A stretch of 64,000 nucleotides of DNA from Demequina sp. (GCA_030148645.1 JASBTB010000007.1:12571-76570); one strand, 5' to 3'. Numbered from the stretch's first letter, positions 37,078 to 46,779 are shown. Notes: generated by a model not told the origin, from the letters alone. Program-made: numbers and translations.

Positions 37078-37668
37078 TCAGGGCGCCTTGGCGGCCCCCG
37101 TCCACCAGGTTCCCGTGCGCCGTTCCCCCGCCGTCACCGCGAAGATCCGATGGTCGCGCCACGCGCCGTCGATAAAAAGGTACGACGCACGCATGCCCTC
37201 CTCTCGCAGATGCAGTTTGCGCGCTACCGCCAGCGACGCGGCGTTCTCGGGCCGAATAGCGATCTCGATCCGATGCAGGCCCTCGGCAAACGCATACTCG
37301 CTCAGCAACACCACGGCTGCTGGCGCGATTCCCTGACCGGCCACATGACTCGAGACCCAGTAGCCCAACGTTCCGCCGCGCTCGGGTCCCCATTCGATGC
37401 GACCCAGGGAAGCCCGGCCCACCAACTCGCCGTCGCGCTCGATCACCATCGGAAAACTGCGCCGCGCACGCCATGAGGCCCGCTCGCGCCGAACATAGGC
37501 ACGGAACGACACGGCAGCGTCGTGCGCACCGGGGGGGGAGGACGCCTCCCACGGCCGCAACCAATCCCTGTTGCGTTGACGCAGCGCGATCCACTCCGAC
37601 TCGTCGCGGGCGCGCAGCAACCTCAGTCGCAACCCGTCGCGTTCCAGGCGCGGTCCGCCCCGTCTCAC
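37078..37668 (-). CDS. rimJ: RimJ-like GNAT N-acetyltransferase
   Basis: RNRDWLRPWE, LGYWV...GQGIAP, LHRIEIAIRPENAASLAVARKL..REEG...IDGAWRDH. Confidence 0.85.
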   Translation of the reverse strand: MRRGGPRLERDGLRLRLLRARDESEWIALRQRNRDWLRPWEASSPPGAHDAAVSFRAYVRRERASWRARRSFPMVIERDGELVGRASLGRIEWGPERGGTLGYWVSSHVAGQGIAPAAVVLLSEYAFAEGLHRIEIAIRPENAASLAVARKLHLREEGMRASYLFIDGAWRDHRIFAVTAGERRTGTWWTGAAKAP

Positions 37669-37882
37669 CGCTGCCGCCGGGAGATGGGTGGCGCGTCGCC
37701 TCCGGCGATCCGCACGACGGTGCCCGGCATCACACGCGCGCGGACGTCCGACCGATGCTCGTTGAGCCTGCGCAATGCCACCCCGGCATTGTCCTGTGCC
37801 ACGTCAGCCCCGTGCAACCACAGGTCTTAGTTGGTAGGACCCTCGTCATGCAGGTGTCGTCAGGCTTTGACACAATGGGCCC

Positions 37883-38512
37883 ATGGCCCCGTTGTCCCAC
37901 ATCGACCCGCGCACCATGCCGCCACGCGAGGCCAAGTCCGCCTGGCGTAGCGTGGTGCGCCAAGGGCGGTTGCGCCGCGGAGAGCGGCGTACCAACGAAA
38001 ACGCCGAGTCCTTCCGCGACCGGGTCCTCACGCTACCCGAGGCCGAGGGCATCACGTGTGTCTCGATCTACGCCTCCCGAGCGCACGAGCCCGGAACAAT
38101 GCCGCTGATCCTGGCGCTTCACGAGCGCGGGGTAGAGGTCCTCATGCCTCGCCTGGGAGACGGCTTGGTGCGGGGCTGGGGCGTCTTTTCAGGGATGGAC
38201 GGCATGCTGGAGAGGGCTCCCGGGCGGCCGCCGGAGCCCTCGGGCGAGTTCTTGCCAGCCGATCGCCTGGCCGACGCCCAACTCATCGTGGTGCCTGCGT
38301 TGGGCGTAGACACCAAAGGCACCCGACTGGGACAGGGAGCAGGATGGTACGACCGCGCCTTGGCGGACGCGACACCCGGCGTGCCGATCGTGGCGCTGGT
38401 ATTCGACGACGAGTTCCATGACGCCGATGTCCGTGCCGTGCCGCGCGAACGGCATGACGTTCCCGTGACCATCGTGGTGACGCCGTCATCGGTTGCCCGC
38501 ATCGGCGCGTAA
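37883..38512 (+). CDS. 5-formyltetrahydrofolate cyclo-ligase
   Basis: IVVPALGVDTKGTRLGQGAGWYDRAL, ERHDVPV. Confidence 0.92.
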   Translation: MAPLSHIDPRTMPPREAKSAWRSVVRQGRLRRGERRTNENAESFRDRVLTLPEAEGITCVSIYASRAHEPGTMPLILALHERGVEVLMPRLGDGLVRGWGVFSGMDGMLERAPGRPPEPSGEFLPADRLADAQLIVVPALGVDTKGTRLGQGAGWYDRALADATPGVPIVALVFDDEFHDADVRAVPRERHDVPVTIVVTPSSVARIGA

Positions 38513-38521
38513 AATCCACAC

Positions 38522-38791
38522 ATGCCCACCTACTCGTACGCTTGCAGCGCGTGCGGACACCGTTTCGATGCCAACCAATCGATTCACGACGACGCGCTGA
38601 CCACCTGTCCCGTGTGTGAGAGCCAGATTCGGCGCGTCATCTCCGCCGTGGGCGTCGCCTTCAAGGGATCCGGTTTCTATCGAACCGACTCGCGTGCCAG
38701 CGCCAAGCGGGACACGACTGGCGCGGCCGGCACCCCCAAGCCCAAGGCAGAACCCACGCCTGCTACCAGTGCGGTGGCCGATCCCGTGTGA
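38522..38791 (+). CDS. FmdB family zinc-ribbon protein
   Basis: MPTYSYACSACGHRF...CPVC...FKGSGFYRTDSR. Confidence 0.93.
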   Translation: MPTYSYACSACGHRFDANQSIHDDALTTCPVCESQIRRVISAVGVAFKGSGFYRTDSRASAKRDTTGAAGTPKPKAEPTPATSAVADPV

Positions 38792-41700
38792 TCTCCTCGT
38801 CGCGGCTGGTGTCGCGATCCCCCCACGCGGCATCCTCGTCCTCCCACGCCCGCGTCGGGATGAGCGGGCGGTCTGAGCCCGTGCGCGAGGGGGCCGCCAC
38901 GGGCGCCGACTCGTCCATGGTGGCGGGCTCGTCCCGCGCGGCACCTTCGTCCGCGACGGCGGTGTCGGCTGGCGGGTTTTCCACTGAGTCGGACTCCTCC
39001 CCTGGCTCAGAGTGGTCCGGCGGCTCGTGGTCCTCGGCCGGCTCCGCCGCATCGTCGTCGTCGCCCAGCACGTCGTCACGGGTCGTCGCCTCTTCGAACT
39101 GCCCCGCCCCTTCCGGGTAAACGGCCAGCGCCGTCGCCACGTCGTCTGCGCCCCTCAGCGCTCGCGTGACCTGCGCCGCCGCCGATGCGGGGTCCATGAA
39201 GACGTCGATCGTCCACAACGAGACAACCTTCCAACCGATCGCCTCCAGATGTCGGTACTGCCAGCGCAGACGGTCGCGCACCGAACCGCGTGGCCCCGCC
39301 GGCGGTTCGTCCGTGACCACAGCAACGCGGTATCCGCGGTCGTGGGTGTCCCCCACCACCATGGGAATCGCCTGAGCGCCCACCCCGTAGCGGAGGCGCA
39401 CGGCCAGTCCCTCGGCGCGCAACAGACCCGCCACGTCGGCCAGCAGCCAATCCGAGGGGCCTGGCCCCGACCGTTCGGCAGGCACTGCGGGCTTGGTGGA
39501 GGCCGCGACCAGTTCCGCGAGGCCCTCCACGCCGCCAGCGTGCTCGTGACCGCTTACGACATGCATCAGATGATGCGGGGCGAGGGCGCTCAACACCGTG
39601 ACACGAGACCTCGCGGCGACGAGCGCCTGAGCCACGGCCGCAGCCCCGCGTTCGGTGGTGAGGATGCCCATGTCGGACGGCCCCACCCCCCGGTGGTCGC
39701 GCGCGTAGCCCACGCTTAGCACCACCTCGTCGGCGCTCAGACCCGCCGCCTCCCCGCACACCACCACGGGAACCCGGTCGGCGACGGCCTGGTCGCGTTC
39801 GCGCAGCGCCTCGGCAACACGTGCGGCGTGCAGGTCGTTGCCAGCCACGACGGCCACGGTGCGGCGGGGCAACGTCGCCGACGCGCGCATCACCGTTTCG
39901 ATTACAGCGGCAACCTCGGCGCGAGTCGACTCGACGGCGGTGCGTCCCGCGACCGGCTGAGCCACCGCGTCGACGACGGTGACGGCCAGGCCGCCCTCAC
40001 CTCCGGGCTCCCCGGGCGCCGGTATCGCCACGACGGCCTTGTCGTAACCCAACCCCGCCAAGACGGCGCTCACTCGCGGGTCCCGGGATTGCGGCAGCGC
40101 CCGAAGCGCCACGTGAGGCAGAAGCTCAGCGAGGTCGGCGACCGCCGATCGCGTGGCGGCGTGCGCGTCGGCCACGACCACCACCTGGGTGGCACGCGCC
40201 AGCGCAGGGATTAGTTGTGCTGTCGCGAGCGACTCGGCGCCATACACGATCACGAGGTCGACACATCGTGTGGGCGGCAGAAGGTGCGAGACCTGTTCGG
40301 CACGGGCAATCACCACGGGTCGCAACGCCGCGACGACCGGCCCGAAGTCGCGGCGCACGTCCCGCACCGACACTTCCGAACCCTCCATGAGGGTGGCAAA
40401 CAGGTCGCGCGCGTCGGCCGGGTGGCGCGCAATGGCCTGGCGGCGGTGCTCCGCGACCGCCCGCATGAGCGGCCCCACCCGCCGCTCGCCGAATTGCGCG
40501 TCGAGTGTGAGGTACTGTTCCACGGCGGCGCCCAACGCTCCCGCCTGAATCAGCCTCGGGTCGGCCTCGACGATGCCGTCGAATGCGGCAGCCCACCACG
40601 AGAATTCGAGGTCGACGCGGATCTGCTCGGCGGACGCGTGGCGTGATTCGAGGTCGGCCAGCAGCGGCGCGAAGCCTGGCACGGCAAGATCCATCGATGC
40701 GGGTCGCATGGGGGCCCGATCAATCCCGCCGGGAACGCCGTCCGCCAGGTTCTCCAGGGCCGACGCTAGTTCGCCCCACTCGGTGTCGGCCGGTTCGTCG
40801 ATCCCGCAGGCGTCGGGTAGCACGGGCGCGAGAACGGCCCACGCGTCTTCCACCCGCGCTAGTCGCGCCGCGTAGGCCAAATAGCCGTCGGGCACGACGG
40901 GCCAGCCACCGGAGGAGCAGTGTGCACGCCACGTCTGGGCCTCAAGGGCTGCGGCGAGGAGTCGCGCGTGAAGCGTCGACGTGTCGCGACCGGGCCGCAG
41001 GAGTTCCCGCGCTCGCCGGGCCAGCGCCCGGCGCACCCGACGCGGCATGTCGGAATCGCCGTCGCCACCGCGGGGCGCGGTGGCGACCACCAACTCCGAC
41101 AGGGAGCGGTGGTAGACGGCTGGCGAGAATGTCTCGAGCGTCGCCTGCACATCGCTGAAGAGCTTCACCTGCTCGCGCCACACGGCAAGGGTCTGCGCCT
41201 CGTCCACCCCCGTGTCGCGCGCCGCCGCCTGGGCATCCGAACGCAATCCAGGCACCATGCGCACCAGGACCGCCAGCGCCTCGTCCAGGTGGGCGCCATG
41301 CTCGCTGGAGGCCGCGATGCGATACCACCACGGCGCGACCTGATCCTCCGCGTCGGCGTCGGGTTCGTCCGGCCACTGTGCTTCGCCGTGGAGCCGTTCC
41401 ACGATCGCCGCGGCCACATGACCCAGGCCGTGTTCGGCGACGGCAGTGGCGGCGTCCGTTCCCAGGCGCAGGGCCGTGCCCGGATGCGGCTCCTGCGCGG
41501 TCAGCCGCACGATCGCCTGGACCGTCTCGAATGCGCTCACACCCCAAGGACGGTGCGGCCGATGCAACGCGTCGTAGCGGGCTGCCGCGTCGGCCCTGGC
41601 GTCGAGGAGTCGCTCCCCGAGCACACGCAATTCCGACTCGTCGATCTCGGGGGTGTTGAGGGTGAGGGATGCCAACAGGCGCGAACGTGACTCCGCGTTC

Positions 41701-42767
41701 CACGCGGGAGCCACTCCCGTCAGGGCCACGTCTCCCGCTCCCGTCGACGCGAGCACGCTGTCGACAGATGCCAAGGCAGAATCGGAGCCGCCCACCACGA
41801 TGGCGGTGCGACCCGATGCTGCGGCATCGGCGGCTATCGCTGCCACCACCGCGGTGGCGTCGGACCCGGGGGGCGCGTCCACGGCGACAGAGCGGCCCAG
41901 CGCCACCGTGTCGAGCACAAAGAAGGAGGAGTCGTCCAGGTCGCCCATACCACGTTCGGCGAAGGGGTCGCGTTCGACCGTCGCCCAGCGAGGCAGAGGC
42001 TCGGCGAGCGCGGTGCGAGCGTCTTCGTCGCCCGCAATCGCCGCCACCACGTCGGAGATGCCGATGACGGGGTCGAGGTCGTCGAGGTCGTCGAGTAGTC
42101 GCTGCTCGGGGTCGTCGAACGAGCCGATCAAGAGGCGCTCGCTCACCTCGAGACGCTCGAACAGGTGCGCCTGGTCGCGCACTTCGGTCCACAGGGGGCG
42201 CGGGTCGAATTCGCGGCCCTCAAGGGTGTCGGGGGCGCGGGACGCAAGATCCGCAGGACCGCCACGGTCGCGCAGAATCGCGGCGAACACGGGGTTGAGG
42301 AAGGCCTCGTGTCTGAGTGTGACGACCAGGTCGTCTTGACGGGCGGCATCGAGAGACACGGGCCGCAGCAGGAGCGGCATCTCGCAGCCCTCCCACGAGA
42401 CGGTGCCGACGACGAGCGCGGCCGTCCACATGCCCGTGGTCGCGGCCACATCGACTGCCTCTTCGAGAATCAACCGCCCTCGCACAGACGCCGTCGCGTA
42501 TTCCTCGCGGTCCTGGACAAGCGTCGACAGGAGTGTTGCGCGACCGGCGAAGAGTTGCGCAAGACCCGACGGGTGTGCGTGCTCGAGTTCGACGATGGCC
42601 GATTGCGTGGCCGTGAGATTGCGTAGCGGTGACACCGTCGAGCGAGAACTCAGATGAGTCCGCCACTGGCTCAGTGCGTCGGCGACCAGCGCCCGCGAGA
42701 TGTAGTCCACCACGAACCTACGGTAACGATGTAGCCACCCCACCACGAACTGCCACGCCGCGCCCAC
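38763..42767 (-). CDS. Large DUF4011/SF1-helicase-like protein with degenerate motifs and a C-terminal restriction-endonuclease-like domain (start uncertain)
   Basis: HAHPSGLAQLFAGR; DAPPGSDAT at the Walker A position; helicase-C-like VALARARS-type segment; C-terminal RHLEAIGWKVVSLW. Confidence 0.7.
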   Translation of the reverse strand: MGAAWQFVVGWLHRYRRFVVDYISRALVADALSQWRTHLSSRSTVSPLRNLTATQSAIVELEHAHPSGLAQLFAGRATLLSTLVQDREEYATASVRGRLILEEAVDVAATTGMWTAALVVGTVSWEGCEMPLLLRPVSLDAARQDDLVVTLRHEAFLNPVFAAILRDRGGPADLASRAPDTLEGREFDPRPLWTEVRDQAHLFERLEVSERLLIGSFDDPEQRLLDDLDDLDPVIGISDVVAAIAGDEDARTALAEPLPRWATVERDPFAERGMGDLDDSSFFVLDTVALGRSVAVDAPPGSDATAVVAAIAADAAASGRTAIVVGGSDSALASVDSVLASTGAGDVALTGVAPAWNAESRSRLLASLTLNTPEIDESELRVLGERLLDARADAAARYDALHRPHRPWGVSAFETVQAIVRLTAQEPHPGTALRLGTDAATAVAEHGLGHVAAAIVERLHGEAQWPDEPDADAEDQVAPWWYRIAASSEHGAHLDEALAVLVRMVPGLRSDAQAAARDTGVDEAQTLAVWREQVKLFSDVQATLETFSPAVYHRSLSELVVATAPRGGDGDSDMPRRVRRALARRARELLRPGRDTSTLHARLLAAALEAQTWRAHCSSGGWPVVPDGYLAYAARLARVEDAWAVLAPVLPDACGIDEPADTEWGELASALENLADGVPGGIDRAPMRPASMDLAVPGFAPLLADLESRHASAEQIRVDLEFSWWAAAFDGIVEADPRLIQAGALGAAVEQYLTLDAQFGERRVGPLMRAVAEHRRQAIARHPADARDLFATLMEGSEVSVRDVRRDFGPVVAALRPVVIARAEQVSHLLPPTRCVDLVIVYGAESLATAQLIPALARATQVVVVADAHAATRSAVADLAELLPHVALRALPQSRDPRVSAVLAGLGYDKAVVAIPAPGEPGGEGGLAVTVVDAVAQPVAGRTAVESTRAEVAAVIETVMRASATLPRRTVAVVAGNDLHAARVAEALRERDQAVADRVPVVVCGEAAGLSADEVVLSVGYARDHRGVGPSDMGILTTERGAAAVAQALVAARSRVTVLSALAPHHLMHVVSGHEHAGGVEGLAELVAASTKPAVPAERSGPGPSDWLLADVAGLLRAEGLAVRLRYGVGAQAIPMVVGDTHDRGYRVAVVTDEPPAGPRGSVRDRLRWQYRHLEAIGWKVVSLWTIDVFMDPASAAAQVTRALRGADDVATALAVYPEGAGQFEEATTRDDVLGDDDDAAEPAEDHEPPDHSEPGEESDSVENPPADTAVADEGAARDEPATMDESAPVAAPSRTGSDRPLIPTRAWEDEDAAWGDRDTSRDEEITRDRPPHW

Positions 42768-42868
42768 CGATCACGCGACAATGCGCGCCGACTTGTCCAG
42801 CCGACGCGCATCGTTGGACGCATTGTGGCGCCCCTATGCCAGCGTCGTCAACTTGTCACGCGGCACTG

Positions 42869-44218
42869 TCAGAACATGTAGCCAAGGTCCGAGCCGACCG
42901 TCGGGTAGGTGGCGGTCATGGACTTGAGCTGGCGGGTGGTGAGCTGGAGTTTCATCGCCAAGCCGACGATGTTGACCAACTCGCCGTACTCGGGTCCCAG
43001 GAGGTGTGCGCCGACAATCTGGTCGGTGGCGCGGTCGACGAGGAACTTGGTGGCGGCGGTCGTCTCTCCGACGCGGTAGTTGGAGTACCAGCCGCTGGTG
43101 TCCCGGTAGCGGACATCGATGTCGAGGCCCTTGTCCCGGGCCTCCTGTTCGAGCAGTCCGACGCGCACCAGTTCGGGGATCGTGAACACGGCCGTGGGCA
43201 CTCCGGTGTAGTCGGGAACGGTGGTCGCGCCCTTCAGCATGTTCGAGGCGACGACCCTTCCCTCGAACCCCGCGACGGGGGTCAGCGCCATGCCCGGCGT
43301 GTTCGCCGCGTCCCCGGCCGCATACACGGCCGGGTTGGTGGTGCTTTGGAGATGGTCGGCCACACTCACCCCTTGCCTACCCCATGCGACACCCGCGGCG
43401 TCGAGGTCGAGTCCCGCCAGATCCGGGAGACGGCCAGCGCCGTGCACCACGAGGTCGCATTCGATCGTCTCGCGTGCGCCCGATCGATCGACGCTGACCC
43501 GCAGGCCAGTCGCCGTCTTGTCGATTCCCGCGATGGTGGTGGACCGTTGCACGTCGATCCCCGCGGCGTTGCCGCGCGCGACAAGCAACTCGACAAGGTC
43601 CGGGTCGAACCCCTTCAGGGGGCGTGTACCGCGATCGATGATCACTGGAGTGCTGCCGACGCGTGCGGCAAGGTGCGCGAACTCGAAGGAGATGAACCCC
43701 CCGCCGACGAACAGAATCCTCTTGGGGAGTTCCTCGAGTTCCATGAACCGCGTGCTGTCGACCAGGTGCTCGTGACCGGGGAAGTCGAGCGGGCGGGGGC
43801 GGGCACCCGTGGCGATCAGGAAATGCGACGCCTCGTGCGGCGTGCCGTCGACGTCGATGCGGTTCTTGCCGGTGAACCGGGCGGACCCGTGCAGGGTTTC
43901 CACACCGTTGTCCGCGAGCCCCTCCTCCATGCTCTGCGGGACCGGATCGGTGAACCCGTGCTTGTGCGCCATCAGGTCGCCCCAGTTGATCGACAGGCCG
44001 TTGGCGTCGATGCCCTTGCCCTGCAGCAGCCGGGCGCTGTCGAGGATCTCTGCCCCACGTCGCAGGATCTTCTTCGGGTCGCAACCCCGCAGCGCACAGG
44101 TGCCGCCGTAGGGGAGTTCGTCCACGATCGCGACGCTCCACCCCTGAGACGCGCACTTGTTGGCGGCGCCGATGCCAGCCGTCCCGGCGCCGATCACGAT
44201 GAGGTCGTAGGTGGTCAT
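42869..44218 (-). CDS. Class-I pyridine nucleotide-disulfide oxidoreductase (glutathione-reductase-like)
   Basis: GAGTAG, GGTCALRGCDPKK, VGGGFISFE; C-terminus YPTVGSDLGYMF; AAGGAG before ATG 44218. Confidence 0.92.
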   Translation of the reverse strand: MTTYDLIVIGAGTAGIGAANKCASQGWSVAIVDELPYGGTCALRGCDPKKILRRGAEILDSARLLQGKGIDANGLSINWGDLMAHKHGFTDPVPQSMEEGLADNGVETLHGSARFTGKNRIDVDGTPHEASHFLIATGARPRPLDFPGHEHLVDSTRFMELEELPKRILFVGGGFISFEFAHLAARVGSTPVIIDRGTRPLKGFDPDLVELLVARGNAAGIDVQRSTTIAGIDKTATGLRVSVDRSGARETIECDLVVHGAGRLPDLAGLDLDAAGVAWGRQGVSVADHLQSTTNPAVYAAGDAANTPGMALTPVAGFEGRVVASNMLKGATTVPDYTGVPTAVFTIPELVRVGLLEQEARDKGLDIDVRYRDTSGWYSNYRVGETTAATKFLVDRATDQIVGAHLLGPEYGELVNIVGLAMKLQLTTRQLKSMTATYPTVGSDLGYMF

Positions 44219-44279
44219 GTCGTCTCCTTGTGAGTGTCGAGGCCCGGTGAAATGGTGCCCCTGAGCCGTAGGTTGTGGG

Positions 44280-44532
44280 CTACCTGAATGGCGTAGGTGC
44301 TCGAGCGTCGGGGCGCTGGCCAGGCCACTCGGGATCTGGTAGATGCGGCACGCCAGCCCGTTTCCTGCGGTCCATCCGCGCACACGTTCGCGCCAGCGAC
44401 CAGGATGCGCGGCAGCCCGTTCACAGCGGCGCGCTGTGTCTCAGCGACCGTCTCGACCGTGTGGTGGCTCACGCCGATGTCAACGCGGGTCACGGTGGAC
44501 GCACGCCACGGGATTTTCCATGCAACCACCAT
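44280..44532 (-). pseudogene. Frameshifted thioredoxin-like small protein of the type found beside actinobacterial MerR regulators
   Basis: TVETVAETQRAAVNGLPRILVAGANVCADG in one frame continues as GLACRIYQIPSGLASAPTLEHLR in another; family recognised from memory. Confidence 0.55.
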
Positions 44533-44562
44533 AAACCCTTCACCGCACTACAACGTCAAGGG
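44528..44562 (-). promoter_or_regulatory. MerR-type promoter/operator
   Basis: TTGACG, a 19-20 nt spacer, then TTATGG/TATGGT; imperfect dyad CCCTT...AAGGG overlapping the spacer; divergent from merR. Confidence 0.75.
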
Positions 44563-44575
44563 GTAGACTGGGGGG

Positions 44576-44995
44576 ATGTTGATCGGGGAACTCGCCGAGG
44601 CCGTCGGCTTGACCAGCCAGACCATCAGGTTCTACGAGCGCCGGGGACTGCTACCCGCCCCGCACCGAGCCGCCAACGGCTACCGTGCCTACGACGACTC
44701 GAGTGTCTTCCGTGTGCTCTTTATCCGCAGCGCTCAATCCGCTGGCCTCACCCTCGCCGAGATCGGCAGCATCGTCGGCCTGCGCGACCACGGCGACCTC
44801 CCGTGCACGCACGTGGCAACCCTGCTCCATGACAAACTCGACGGCGTGCGCGCCCGGCAAGCCGAACTCGCCTCGCTTGAGGCGGAACTGGAACGCCTCC
44901 TCGCCCGCAGCCGCCATCTCGACCCTGCTGACTGCGCCGACTCCGACGGCTGCCACATCCTCACCGAACCGCGCCGCAGCGGGCGCGGTGGGTGA
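44576..44995 (+). CDS. MerR family heavy-metal-responsive regulator
   Basis: MLIGELAEAVGLTSQTIRFYERRGLL...NGYRAY; Cys in LPCTHV and DCADSDGCH. Confidence 0.93.
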   Translation: MLIGELAEAVGLTSQTIRFYERRGLLPAPHRAANGYRAYDDSSVFRVLFIRSAQSAGLTLAEIGSIVGLRDHGDLPCTHVATLLHDKLDGVRARQAELASLEAELERLLARSRHLDPADCADSDGCHILTEPRRSGRGG

Positions 44996-45134
44996 ACACG
45001 CGCGTCGACGCACGGGTGACGTGTCCTGGTGCCAGCCAGGCGGAAGTCTGTCAGGTCACCGCGTCTGACAGCGATGCAGTTTCTGAGGCTCGACAGGAGT
45101 GCGCTTCGGGGCCCGGCGGAGGTTGCGCGGCGCG

Positions 45135-45353
45135 TTAGGCGACCGCGTACTTCTTCGGGTCCGCGTCGAACATGGGGGCGCAGGCATCGCAGCACAGGTA
45201 GTAGGTCTTGCCTTCGTACTCGCGTACGAGTCCGGCGGCCTCGGCCTCGGCCTTGACCGCCATACTGCCGGGCATCACGGGGCACTCGGCGAGGCCCTCG
45301 GCCGACGCGTCGGCGGGGGTGTGGCTGTGGTCGTGGTGGTGGTCGTGCGCCAT
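45135..45353 (-). CDS. His-rich YHS-domain protein
   Basis: MAHDHHHDHSH...CPVMPG...REYEGKTYYLCCDACAPMFDADPKKY. Confidence 0.88.
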   Translation of the reverse strand: MAHDHHHDHSHTPADASAEGLAECPVMPGSMAVKAEAEAAGLVREYEGKTYYLCCDACAPMFDADPKKYAVA

Positions 45354-45417
45354 GGTGTGCTCCTCGTGCAGTCGGTGTTCGGGGCGATCAGCGACGATCG
45401 CGTGCCGCCGCAGTGCC

Positions 45418-45441
45418 CACTGCGACACTGCGACACTGCGA
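45418..45441. repeat. Tandem repeat (CACTGCGA)x3
   Basis: Three exact 8-mers read directly. Confidence 0.9.
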
Positions 45442-45448
45442 TGCTAAC

Positions 45449-45465
45449 ATACCTCCCAGGGGTAT
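45449..45465. promoter_or_regulatory. CsoR/RicR-type operator
   Basis: ATACCtcccaggGGTAT matches the TACC-C/G-tract-GGTA pattern; lies between divergent YHS and reductase genes. Confidence 0.7.
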
Positions 45466-45490
45466 ATGCGGGTGGGGAAAGGACGAGGGG

Positions 45491-46720
45491 TTGGCCGACG
45501 GCTTGGGCGTAGTGATCGTGGGTGCTGGCGCGGCCGGTACGGCGGCCGCGCGTACGTTGCGCGACCAAGGGTACGACGGACCTGTCACCGTGGTCACCGC
45601 AGAGGCAGGGCCTCCCTACAACCGCACGACCGTAAGCAAAGGCCTGCTCAAGGGCCAGTTCGATGTCGACGCCATTGTCCTGCCCCAGGCGGCCACTCCC
45701 GACGTCGCGTGGCGCCCGGTCGACCCAGCCATGGCGCTCGATCTTGACTCGCGTCGGCTGACCCTGACCACAGGCACGCAGTTGCGCTGGGACGCCCTCA
45801 TCATCACCACCGGCGCCGCTCCCAGGGCGTTGTCCGGACCGGTGGAACCGGCTGCGCGAAAGCACATCCTGAACCTGCACACAGCCGCCGACGCACAACG
45901 CCTGCGCAGCCTTGGTGGGCTCGCGGAATCCGCCGCACCGCCCAGACGGGTGGCCTTGCTGGGCGGCGGCATCGTCGCCTTGGAGGTCGCCGGTGTCCTC
46001 CATGCCGCTGGCGCGGAAGTCACGATGGTGACCCGAACGCAGGCCTCCATGAGCCGCCACCTGGGGTCGATCGTCGGCGCGTGGGTGGCCGAGCGGCACC
46101 GGCGCCACATCCGTTACCTCGCGGGCACCACCGTCGCCCAGGCCACGCTGGGGGGCGACGGTCTGCGGCTCGAACTCACCGACGCTCAGGTGCGGGACGT
46201 CGACATCGCCGTGCTCGCGCACGGTGCCGAGCCCGCAGTCGCGTGGTTGGCGGACAGCGGCCTGCCCGCCACTGACGGCATCGCCGTCGACTCCCGCTTC
46301 CGCGTGCACGCGACGCCCGGCGTCTACGCCGCTGGCGACGTCGCCCGGGTACAGGACTCGGACGGACGACGCAGGGCGAGCGGCCACTGGACCCTCGCCG
46401 TCGAGCAAGGTAAACACGCTGCCCGCACCGCGCTGTTCGACCTGGGCGTCGCAGCGGCGGAGCCGGAACCGTTCGAGGCGCAGCCCACGTTCACCAGCGA
46501 TGCCTACGGCACCCGCCTGACCGTCGTCGGACACCCGGACGCCGCGACAAGCGAGACGGTCATCGATGGGGACCCGGCCACCCATGCATTCACGGTCGCC
46601 GGTCAGGACGCGAACGGCGTCATCGTCAGCGTGGTCGGCGTCGGCCCGGCCCTGACCGCTCTGCGCCAAAAAGAGGCCATCCGTCGGGGCGAACTTCTGG
46701 AGCACACGACGGCGGAGTAG
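45491..46720 (+). CDS. FAD-dependent ferredoxin-reductase-like oxidoreductase
   Basis: VIVGAGAAG, PYNRTTVSK, LGGGIVALE, VYAAGDVA, HWTLAVEQG; start set at TTG 45491. Confidence 0.88.
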   Translation: MADGLGVVIVGAGAAGTAAARTLRDQGYDGPVTVVTAEAGPPYNRTTVSKGLLKGQFDVDAIVLPQAATPDVAWRPVDPAMALDLDSRRLTLTTGTQLRWDALIITTGAAPRALSGPVEPAARKHILNLHTAADAQRLRSLGGLAESAAPPRRVALLGGGIVALEVAGVLHAAGAEVTMVTRTQASMSRHLGSIVGAWVAERHRRHIRYLAGTTVAQATLGGDGLRLELTDAQVRDVDIAVLAHGAEPAVAWLADSGLPATDGIAVDSRFRVHATPGVYAAGDVARVQDSDGRRRASGHWTLAVEQGKHAARTALFDLGVAAAEPEPFEAQPTFTSDAYGTRLTVVGHPDAATSETVIDGDPATHAFTVAGQDANGVIVSVVGVGPALTALRQKEAIRRGELLEHTTAE

Positions 46721-46749
46721 GTCCGCTGGCTCACGGGCCCCACGGCCCG

Positions 46750-46779
46750 CCGGACACTCCGACTCACCGGACACTCCGA
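46750..46779. repeat. Direct repeat CCGGACACTCCGA x2
   Basis: Copies at 46750-46762 and 46767-46779, between the reductase and the integrase remnant. Confidence 0.8.

Noticed and set aside
37665-37830. Short minus-strand frame ending at the rimJ start, considered as a moeA remnant
   Set aside because: No start codon context and no recognisable MoeA motif
42768-42868. att copy of the tRNA-Arg 3' end; nested hairpin ACAATGCG...CGCATTGT
   Set aside because: No match to the tRNA 3' end; the hairpin is real but could simply be a terminator
42869-44218. Calling the reductase merA
   Set aside because: No C-terminal Cys-Cys, no NmerA domain and no merT/merP genes
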